Assembly (NCBI RefSeq): GCF_049243625.1
Contig: NZ_CP046975.1
DNA length: 32,000 nucleotides
Origin: Corynebacterium amycolatum
GTDB taxonomy: Bacteria > Actinomycetota > Actinomycetes > Mycobacteriales > Mycobacteriaceae
Strand: one strand, 5' to 3'
Shown: piece after piece, positions 25,643 through 32,000 of the stretch
How the letters are laid out: each line of letters starts with the position of its first letter
Position numbering within the stretch: position 1 is the first letter of the stretch
Translations under genes and position numbers: made by a program
Notes under the pieces: generated by a model
Seen by the model: only the letters and a program-made list of their open reading frames with translations
Databases searched by the model: none
What the model was told of the DNA's origin: nothing

Positions 25643-27256
25643 ATGGGACGACACGCCTCGGGTGAGAACAACTATCGAGTGGCTAAGGGGCCTTTTATTG
25701 CCGTCTTGGTCGTCATTGTTCTGGTGGCTGCGGTTTTTGCCTGGGTTAATCTGCGCAAGAGCAACGATTCGTCGATTGATGCGGACCGTGCACGGTGTAC
25801 CAAGGGTGACCTGACACTGGTGGTGACCGCTGACCCTGCTGCGGTGGGCTCGGCACAGAAACTCGTGCAGGACTATGGCGAGTCAAATCCCGTGGTGAGG
25901 GACTTCTGCGTGCGGCCACAGATTACTGTGGCCGGCTCGCAGGAGGTTGTGAACGCCTTGGCTGATTCTGACGGTGCTGAAGCTGGTGAGGGGGCTCCGG
26001 AGGACCCCGCTGCGGATGATTCTGCAGCTGACGAGGCCAGCGCCGGAATTATGACGCCGGGAGTCTGGATTCCCGCCGATATCTCCTTCGTGGATCAAGC
26101 GAAGAATTCAGACAAGGTCAAGGTCAACAACCCCAAGACGTGGTTGCCACCGATTGCCAGTGGCGTGGCCTTCACAACCAATCGTGCTGACCAGCTGAAC
26201 AACGCCACCTGGGAAGAGCTTGCGGGATTGCGCGTGGCCGCCCCCGGTGGCTCCGATGCTGCACTGTCTGCCGTGATCAGTGCTCGACTTGGCGGCGGCC
26301 CGGATGTCGCTCGCGAACGCGCGGACTTGGGTGAGGTCTACACCTCCAATACTCTGCTGACCATGCTCGGCCAGAATGTCGCCGACTTCGACGGTGTGGC
26401 CGCAACCCAGCCCATGCTGCAGATGGCCGGCGAGGGGCTGAAGCTGGTCTCCCCTGCGGATGCACCCCAGTTACACGCGCCAGTTGTCACCTTTGGCTCC
26501 GGCGGCAAGATCGACGAGAACACGGCTCGCGCGGCCGAGGACTTCCGGAACTTCGCAGCAGATCACGGCGCCGACGGCGAAGCTGCTGAGAGCACTTTCG
26601 GCCCTGAAGTAGCGGAGAACTTTGGGGTGCTCTCGCAGATTCAGACGGATTCTTTTGCGCTGCCGCCAGCACTGGAGCAGCCGGACGCGCAACAGCCCGC
26701 AACTACGGTGGGTTCGGCACTCCTGCTTGCTGACACCTCCGAGGGCGTCGATGTCGGGGCGCTGTCTGCAGCCCTGACCGGCGCTATCGATGCGGCACCT
26801 GGCGGCCGTTACGGCCTGTGGACATTCGCCCCTGAGGTGAACCGTCTCGCGGAACTGCCCGCCCCCGATGACGAGGCCAACAATGGCGCAGATGCCGTAA
26901 AGGGTTCGCTGGCTGAACTTCCGGCCGGTGGTGAGGCACAGTTCTGGTCAGCGCTTATCGATGCCTACCAGGCCGCCCGCGACACCTACTCCCCTGACAA
27001 ACCGAACCGGCTCGTCGTGCTCACCTCGGGGCGCGATGCCTCCGGCGCCGATGCCGCCGAGTCCGTCGAGCGAATCAAGGAACTCATTAGCCCGGACCGC
27101 CCGGTAACGATTGAGGTCATCGTGCTTCCCGATGGGGACAGCTCCATCCCTGAACTGCAGGAAGTGGCGAATATGACCACTGGTTCTCTGCGCATTGCCG
27201 CTGACTACGGCGACGGCCTGGCCTCTCAGTTGGCTGCGGCAATCGGTACCGAGTAA
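25643..27256 (+). CDS. Membrane-anchored extracytoplasmic protein with a substrate-binding-like domain and a vWA-like C-terminal domain
   Basis: ATG follows GAAAGGG. N-terminal signal anchor (FIAVLVVIVLVAAVFAWVNL), then LTLVVTADPA...GVWIPAD (PBP-like), and C-terminal LLLADTSEG...RLVVLTSGRDAS...IEVIVLP (vWA-like beta strands). Domain calls are by eye. Confidence 0.6.
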   Translation: MGRHASGENNYRVAKGPFIAVLVVIVLVAAVFAWVNLRKSNDSSIDADRARCTKGDLTLVVTADPAAVGSAQKLVQDYGESNPVVRDFCVRPQITVAGSQEVVNALADSDGAEAGEGAPEDPAADDSAADEASAGIMTPGVWIPADISFVDQAKNSDKVKVNNPKTWLPPIASGVAFTTNRADQLNNATWEELAGLRVAAPGGSDAALSAVISARLGGGPDVARERADLGEVYTSNTLLTMLGQNVADFDGVAATQPMLQMAGEGLKLVSPADAPQLHAPVVTFGSGGKIDENTARAAEDFRNFAADHGADGEAAESTFGPEVAENFGVLSQIQTDSFALPPALEQPDAQQPATTVGSALLLADTSEGVDVGALSAALTGAIDAAPGGRYGLWTFAPEVNRLAELPAPDDEANNGADAVKGSLAELPAGGEAQFWSALIDAYQAARDTYSPDKPNRLVVLTSGRDASGADAAESVERIKELISPDRPVTIEVIVLPDGDSSIPELQEVANMTTGSLRIAADYGDGLASQLAAAIGTE

Positions 27257-27261
27257 CCAGC

Positions 27262-27334
27262 AAAAAACCGCCTCCATCTGTTCCAACCTCGGGAGAGGAA
27301 AACGGAACCAGTTGTGGAAGGCGGTTTTCGTTTA
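27262..27334. terminator. Bidirectional rho-independent terminator between convergent genes
   Basis: AAAAAACCGCCTCCA...TGGAAGGCGGTTTTCGTTT. The outer stem is 9 bp with a 1-nt bulge, with an inner stem CTGTTCC/GGAACCAG. An A-run precedes and a T-run follows, so each strand sees a hairpin followed by a U-tract. Confidence 0.7.
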
Positions 27335-27400
27335 GTTTGTTTCGCTTCTTTGAGCGGCGGCCGTAGCTGCAACGCCGCTATCTAGCCGTGTCGTTGGCTG

Positions 27401-28000
27401 TTAAGAGATGCGGCGGCGACGGCGCTCAGCCAGCTCGTCGATGCCAGTACCTGGGTTCTCCTGAGTACCGTCGATACGCTCAGATGGGAAGGAGGCGATG
27501 GTGCCAGTCAGTTCCTTCATAATGCCCGGGACAGCAATGCCGAACACTCCCTGGCCACCGTTGAGCAGGTCGATGACCTCTTCGTTAGAGCGACACTGGT
27601 AGACGGTGCGACCGTCGGAAACCAGCGTGATGGTAGCTAGGTCATCGACCCCGAGGTCGCGCAGGCGGTCGACAGCCAGACGGATGTTCTGCAGGGAAAT
27701 ACCGGTGTCCAGCAGACCGCGGACAATCTTCAAAACGAGGATGTCACGGAAGGAGTACAGACGCTGGGTGCCCGAGCCCTTGGCGGTACGAATCGAAGGC
27801 TCCACCAGCTTGGTGCGCGCCCAGTAGTCCAGCTGACGGTAAGAAATGCCCGCTACCTGACATGCGATGGGAACGCGGTAGCCAACCTGCTCGTCCGGCC
27901 CCATGTCGAACAGGGATTCCTGGACCGCGCGTGGCTCTTGCGAATCCGACGCACGGAGCTCATTGTCGCCAAAGAGCGAACCGCTGTTGTCGTCGACCAT
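27401..28000 (-). CDS. MerR family transcriptional regulator (Rv1830-like)
   Basis: ATG with GGGAGA 8 nt upstream. MerR-type HTH: YRVPIACQVAGISYRQLDYWARTKLVEPSIRTAKGSGTQRLYSFRDILVLKIVRGLLDTGISLQNIRLAV. Confidence 0.85.
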   Translation of the reverse strand: MVDDNSGSLFGDNELRASDSQEPRAVQESLFDMGPDEQVGYRVPIACQVAGISYRQLDYWARTKLVEPSIRTAKGSGTQRLYSFRDILVLKIVRGLLDTGISLQNIRLAVDRLRDLGVDDLATITLVSDGRTVYQCRSNEEVIDLLNGGQGVFGIAVPGIMKELTGTIASFPSERIDGTQENPGTGIDELAERRRRRIS

Positions 28001-28090
28001 ATAAATTCTCCCGAGGTAGTTTCACTGCCGTTATTTATCTTTCGCCAAGGTTAATCGGCTGTCAATACATCACAGGACGACACGCCGAAT

Positions 28091-28124
28091 CTCTAAACCT
28101 AAAGTTAAGGTTTAGAGTTTAGAG
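28091..28124. promoter_or_regulatory. 27-nt hairpin/palindrome (10-bp perfect arms, 7-nt spacer) plus an extra TTTAGAG copy, upstream of the MerR gene
   Basis: CTCTAAACCT (28091-28100) and AGGTTTAGAG (28108-28117) are exact complements. TTTAGAG repeats again at 28118-28124. The element lies about 90-120 nt upstream of the MerR ATG (28000). A perfect TTGACA on the minus strand lies at 28060-28065. Confidence 0.45.
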
Positions 28125-28156
28125 TCCCAGTTTCCCCAGCTCAAGCACAACCCGGG

Positions 28157-28177
28157 AGAAAAACCCCAGGAAGGGGT
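28157..28177 (-). terminator. Small rho-independent terminator candidate downstream of the DUF151 gene
   Basis: The minus strand reads ACCCC-TTCCT-GGGGT followed by TTTTTCT. This is a 5-bp GC stem with a 5-nt loop and a U-run, about 115 nt after the stop at 28293. Confidence 0.45.
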
Positions 28178-28292
28178 GAAACTATAACTTAAGAAAAGTT
28201 ACCCCTTTTATGGGGGCATTCAGCGACGTGCCGGAGGAAATACGCGCCACAACTACATCAAAAGTTGTCAGCTGTTCACTCCAGTCACACTG

Positions 28293-28892
28293 CTAACGGT
28301 CGCTATCGGAAGCCGAGTCGGCGCCACCGTCGGCTTCACCATCGGACTTCCTACCCTCCGCATCACCACGCGGCTCGGCAAAGTAGTCAGCATCAATACT
28401 GTCGAGGAATTCAGCAAACTCCGACACCGATGCCTCGACAGAGTCGGTCTCCGTGTCGTCGGTAAGCGAACCGCCATTGGTAGCGACAAGACGCGCCGAC
28501 ACCGACGTGGCATCGAGCACATCGCGTGCAACATATAGCGGCACCTCAAGCTCGCTGGCGATAAGGATTAGGTCGGAGGGGCGCATATCAATCTCTGCGC
28601 CACCTTCGAGCACCAGGTTGGCGATGAAAACGCCCTCATGGACGCCCGTAATCTGGCCGCGTAGGGCGCTCTGCCCCACCATGTCCAGTGTGTCGACAAA
28701 GACGTCATGCATGCCCGGGCGACGCTGCGTAGCGCCAGTCTCGCGGGCGGAGTACTCCGTCGCCGTCGCCAAATCAATCCAAATCGGGATAATCCGGTTA
28801 GTCTCTTCGGCATGCAGGAGCAGCACCGGATCGTCCTCAGGAGGATGAGCCATCCAGTCTAGAAACTTGACTTCTACGAGTTTTTCGTCCAT
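28293..28892 (-). CDS. Bifunctional nuclease family (DUF151/BFN domain) protein with an acidic C-terminal tail (Rv1829-like)
   Basis: DDPVLLLHAEETNRIIPIWIDLATATEY, RPGMHDVF, GVFIANLVL, MRPSDLILIASELEVPLYVARDVL. The C-terminus is Asp/Glu/Ser-rich. Confidence 0.8.
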   Translation of the reverse strand: MDEKLVEVKFLDWMAHPPEDDPVLLLHAEETNRIIPIWIDLATATEYSARETGATQRRPGMHDVFVDTLDMVGQSALRGQITGVHEGVFIANLVLEGGAEIDMRPSDLILIASELEVPLYVARDVLDATSVSARLVATNGGSLTDDTETDSVEASVSEFAEFLDSIDADYFAEPRGDAEGRKSDGEADGGADSASDSDR

Positions 28893-28937
28893 AACAGCGA
28901 TAATTGTAGCGAGCCGCTATTTACGCGGGACTACTGA

Positions 28938-29753
28938 CTACTTCCCCAGATCTTTGTTGACCTGGCGCTTGACCAAAGTGCCGTGCAGCGTGACCATCAG
29001 CGCGGTCATCTCACGGCCCATTTCCACAGCCTTCTGCTTGCCGCTAGCCGCGCGCGACTTACTCAGCGGACTAGCTGCCAGCGACACCAAATCAGCCTCA
29101 CGGGTCGCAGCGGTACGCACAGTTTTGAGGTGGCGGGCATCCAGACCGAACTCAGCCAGCTTGACTGCAGTCTCAGTGATGAGCAGGTCATCGCCGTCGA
29201 ACATGTTCAGCGTGTCCGGAGTAATCAGCCCGACGCGAACCAGCTCAGTGATGAACTTCTCGCTAGCGCCGGTGCGCTCTGCCAGCTCCGCCTGGGTCAG
29301 TGAGACCACTGCAGCTTCGCGGAACTGATCCGCCGTCACCAGTGGAGTAACCGAAGCCAGACCGTCGCCGCCAGCGTTGCCCGCATCAATTTCGTCGAGC
29401 TGCTCTTTAATAACCTTCAGCGGCAAGTAGTTATCGCGCTGAACGGTCAGAATGTAGCGCAGGCGGTCAATGTCCGCCTGGCTGTAGCGACGATAGCCCG
29501 AGGAACTTCGCGACGGGCACAGCAGCCCTTCCGACTCGAGAAAACGAATTTTGGACAGCGTTACATCAGGGAACTCAACCTTGACTTCCTTCAGCACGGC
29601 ACCGATGGTCTTCTTCTTGCCCACCGAGCGTGCTTGCTTCGCAGTGCTTTCTGACGAAGCCGGCTGCGAAACCGCTGATTTGTGTACTGCTGCCACTGGT
29701 ATTTTCCGAGCCTTTACAAAAATAAGGGGGTTAATGCCGACAGACGTCGACAC
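28938..29753 (-). CDS. ftsR: MerR-type regulator, FtsR/Rv1828-like
   Basis: MerR HTH: TIGAVLKEVKVEFPDVTLSKIRFLESEGLLCPSRSSSGYRRYSQADIDRLRYILTVQRDNYLPLKVIKEQL. It lies immediately downstream of odhI, as ftsR does in C. glutamicum. The GTG start at 29753 is tentative. Confidence 0.8.
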   Translation of the reverse strand: MSTSVGINPLIFVKARKIPVAAVHKSAVSQPASSESTAKQARSVGKKKTIGAVLKEVKVEFPDVTLSKIRFLESEGLLCPSRSSSGYRRYSQADIDRLRYILTVQRDNYLPLKVIKEQLDEIDAGNAGGDGLASVTPLVTADQFREAAVVSLTQAELAERTGASEKFITELVRVGLITPDTLNMFDGDDLLITETAVKLAEFGLDARHLKTVRTAATREADLVSLAASPLSKSRAASGKQKAVEMGREMTALMVTLHGTLVKRQVNKDLGK

Positions 29754-29767
29754 TAACCGATGTCGAA

Positions 29768-30193
29768 TTAGTTACCGATAAGGAATACGAGGCGGAACTT
29801 ACCGACCTGGACCTCGTCACCATTAGCCAGAACCGCGGAGTTCTTCGGTTCGCGGTTAACGTAGGTGCCGTTCAGCGATCCCACGTCGACAACCTCGTAG
29901 GAGTCACCGTTCTTGCGGAACTCTGCGTGGCGACGGGAAACAGTCACATCATCGAGGAAAATGTCGCTTTCCGGGTGACGACCAGCGGTGGTGACTGCCT
30001 GATCGAGCAGGAAACGCGAACCCGCGTTTGGCCCCCGCTTGACGACCAAGAGTGCCGAGCCTGCCGGAAGTCCTTCAACACCGGAGACCGTGGAGTCCGT
30101 GTTAGAGCTGGACTCCATCTCCTTCAGCAAATCTGCACGGAAGACCGAGGTGGTCTCGACCGATGCCTCTGGCTGGCCGCTATTGCTAGTCAT
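29768..30193 (-). CDS. odhI: FHA-domain oxoglutarate dehydrogenase inhibitor OdhI (GarA homolog)
   Basis: N-terminal phospho-acceptor motif VETTSVFRADLL is followed by an FHA domain (FLLDQAVTTAGRHPESDIFLDDVTVSRRHAEF, VVDVGSLNGTYVNRE, GDEVQVGKFRLVF). Confidence 0.92.
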   Translation of the reverse strand: MTSNSGQPEASVETTSVFRADLLKEMESSSNTDSTVSGVEGLPAGSALLVVKRGPNAGSRFLLDQAVTTAGRHPESDIFLDDVTVSRRHAEFRKNGDSYEVVDVGSLNGTYVNREPKNSAVLANGDEVQVGKFRLVFLIGN

Positions 30194-30290
30194 ATCTTTC
30201 CCTCCGGGATAACCTTGGGCGATTTACTCGTTACTTTTTAGATAATAGCGCCCCAACCGCTTTCGTGTTGTTATCTAATCCCAACCATGT

Positions 30291-30306
30291 TGTGACACAG
30301 CTCACC
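30291..30306. promoter_or_regulatory. CRP/GlxR-like site TGTGA-N6-TCACc upstream of odhI
   Basis: TGTGACACAGCTCACC matches 9 of 10 half-site positions of the TGTGA-N6-TCACA consensus. It lies about 100 nt upstream of the odhI ATG. Pattern match only. Confidence 0.35.
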
Positions 30307-30431
30307 TACAGGGTATGTACAACATGATTGATATGCGTAAATACCGACATCGGAGAGCTTTCTCCGTGGGTGTACCTAGGCCGGTCACCTGAGAAATAAT
30401 TTCAAATTGTTACCAAACCTGTGGTTACGGC

Positions 30432-32000
30432 TTACCTAAACATCGCTGCAATTGAACCGACTACCGAGCCACCACCATTGCTCAATGGGTTGTCGTTGAC
30501 CATGTACGTCCACGTCGAGCTCGGGCGGGCAAGTCCCGTGTCCTCCAAATGCGCGCCATCGCTATCGATTTCGACCTCCTGGAAGGTCTGCACTGAGTCG
30601 GTGACGGCATTGTTGACCAGGTTTTTAAAGGCACCGATGGCAGCGCGGTGGAACTCAGCAATGGGGCTTTCCTTAGCCAGCGCGCGCAGGTGAATCGACT
30701 CCCGCAGGTCATCCAGGTCCGCCAGGTGATCCGACCACCCGCGATCCAGGTGGCTCAGCATAATTTCCCGGGCAGCGTCCTCGGCGACTTCGCGCCCGAC
30801 TGCGGCTTCCACTTCCTTCGCCCGCGCCGATGCCAGCTTGGACAGTTCTTCCCAGGCAGCATTCGTAGTCAGCAGTTTCTCCCGGCGCTCATCCAGAATC
30901 TCGCGCTGGTCGCCGATGAGCTTGTTGTACTTCCACGTCGTCGCATGAATGGACAGCATGGTCGCCTCTGTCACTCGCTGTGCTCGGTCGATGAACTGGT
31001 ATGCCCGCTTATCGCGGACGCGACCGTCGTCTTCAGGCAGCACGCTCAGTGTTTCGCCGGCAGCACCTTCGGAAATCACTGGGTCATCCAGGGAGACAAA
31101 GAACACCGACGAGCCCGGATCGCCCTGGCGCCCGGCGCGGCCACGCAACTGGTTATCTAGTCGGTCAGTGCGGTGCTTACCCAGACCAATGACGCATAGG
31201 CCACCGCGTTCGACTACGGCATCGCGGTTGGATTCGTCTGCCCCTCCGAGGCGGATGTCGGTACCGCGGCCGGCCATCTGGGTGGAGACCGTGACGCGGC
31301 CAATATCGCCAGCACCCGCGATGACTTGGGCCTCCAGCTCGTCATTTTTCGCGTTCAGTACCGAGGATTCGATGCCGCGCAGGACTAGCGCATCGGCTAG
31401 TCGTTCCGATTCAGCCACGTCACGGGTGCCTACGAGGATTGGCCGACCGGTGCCATTGAGTTCCACGACCTCGTCGATAAGCGCGGCGAACGCGTCGTCG
31501 GTGGTGGCGTAGATGCGGTCGGGCTCGTCGTCGCGGATGCATGGGACGTTGGGTTCAATGACAGAGACGTGGAGTCCATAGAACTCGCGGAACTGGTCGC
31601 CCGCGGAGGTGGCGGTGCCGGTCATACCGCAGGTGATGTCGTAGCGGCCGACGAGTTGTTGGATGGTCATGGAATCCAAGATGCGGCCTCCCTCAGAGAC
31701 TTGCAGGCCCTCCTTGGCCTCTACCGCCGCTTGCAGACCGTCCGGCCAACGCTGAAGCTCCGCCACGCGGCCACGCGAGGCGTCGATGAGCTGTACCTTG
31801 CCGTCGCGCACGATGTAGTCGACATCGCGCTGCAGCAACTCGTGGGCGTGCAGTGCAACGTTGACCTGAACCAGGGTGGTGCCGACGTGTTCGGCGTCGT
31901 ACAGCGAGCTGATGCCAAGCAGACGCTCGACGCGTGCGGCGCCGGTATCGGTGAGGAAGACGTTGCGGCGACCTTCGTCGACGGTGTAGTCGTCGCCGAG
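30432..32000 (-). CDS. secA2: Accessory preprotein translocase ATPase SecA2, C-terminal ~520 aa; the N-terminus lies beyond the window
   Basis: The frame is open to base 32000 (LGDDYTVDEGRRNVFLTDTGAARVERLLG...VALHAHELLQRDVDYIVRDGKVQLIDASRGR). SecA motor motifs are present: CGMTGTA, ILVGTRDV, VLNAKN, VTVSTQMAGRGTDI, GLGKHRTDRLDNQLRGRAGRQGDPG. There is no C-terminal zinc-finger tail, and it is adjacent to odhI as in C. glutamicum, hence SecA2 rather than SecA1. Confidence 0.88.
   Translation of the reverse strand, partial: LGDDYTVDEGRRNVFLTDTGAARVERLLGISSLYDAEHVGTTLVQVNVALHAHELLQRDVDYIVRDGKVQLIDASRGRVAELQRWPDGLQAAVEAKEGLQVSEGGRILDSMTIQQLVGRYDITCGMTGTATSAGDQFREFYGLHVSVIEPNVPCIRDDEPDRIYATTDDAFAALIDEVVELNGTGRPILVGTRDVAESERLADALVLRGIESSVLNAKNDELEAQVIAGAGDIGRVTVSTQMAGRGTDIRLGGADESNRDAVVERGGLCVIGLGKHRTDRLDNQLRGRAGRQGDPGSSVFFVSLDDPVISEGAAGETLSVLPEDDGRVRDKRAYQFIDRAQRVTEATMLSIHATTWKYNKLIGDQREILDERREKLLTTNAAWEELSKLASARAKEVEAAVGREVAEDAAREIMLSHLDRGWSDHLADLDDLRESIHLRALAKESPIAEFHRAAIGAFKNLVNNAVTDSVQTFQEVEIDSDGAHLEDTGLARPSSTWTYMVNDNPLSNGGGSVVGSIAAMFR

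Noticed and set aside
1-32000. A window-wide look for mobile elements, a prophage, CRISPR, toxin-antitoxin pairs or defence islands.
   Set aside because: No transposase, integrase or recombinase-like ORFs. No terminal inverted repeats flanking a gene block. No repeat-spacer array. No small paired ORFs typical of TA modules. No sharp compositional island apart from short AT-rich promoter patches. Gene order is that of a conserved core region.

Overview
High-GC actinobacterial chromosome segment. Gene content and order look like the Corynebacterium core genome and also match conserved mycobacterial neighbourhoods (species assignment is my inference from protein motifs and synteny; no search was run). 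I support 28 protein-coding genes, two of them cut by the window edges. In order: cobN (5' partial), fxsA, lnt/ppm2-ppm1, rbpA, a zinc-ribbon protein, a YceI-like protein, a small membrane protein, CNNM/CorB-like module A (two genes), tpx, a stand-alone Lrp/AsnC ligand-domain protein, an FAD dehydrogenase, a divergent CFA-synthase-like methyltransferase, ndh, a hotdog thioesterase, gnd, a thiD-TenA-like fusion, a DEAD-box helicase, CNNM/CorB-like module B (two genes), a conserved protein of unclear function, a membrane-anchored substrate-binding/vWA-like protein, a MerR regulator, a DUF151 bifunctional-nuclease-family protein, ftsR-like MerR, odhI, and secA2 (partial). I saw no rRNA, tRNA, CRISPR array, IS or transposase, integrase, prophage or recognisable defence genes. 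I did not find a convincing undescribed multi-gene system, and the window reads as conserved housekeeping DNA. Five things seem most worth a second look. (1) A 490-bp leader precedes CNNM module A, with a perfect 20-bp palindrome over a -10-like hexamer and a possibly leaderless Ser/Asp/Thr-rich uORF ending in a GTGA overlap with the transporter start. (2) The long+short CNNM gene pair is duplicated, and module B sits in a tightly coupled helicase-CNNM-CNNM-unknown chain. (3) A 4 x 19-bp tandem repeat and a composite inverted/direct repeat lie in the ppm1/rbpA convergent spacer. (4) A perfect 16-bp palindrome lies in the thioesterase/gnd divergent promoter. (5) The CFA-synthase-like protein has a degenerate SAM-binding motif I. 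All regulatory calls are sequence-pattern inferences.
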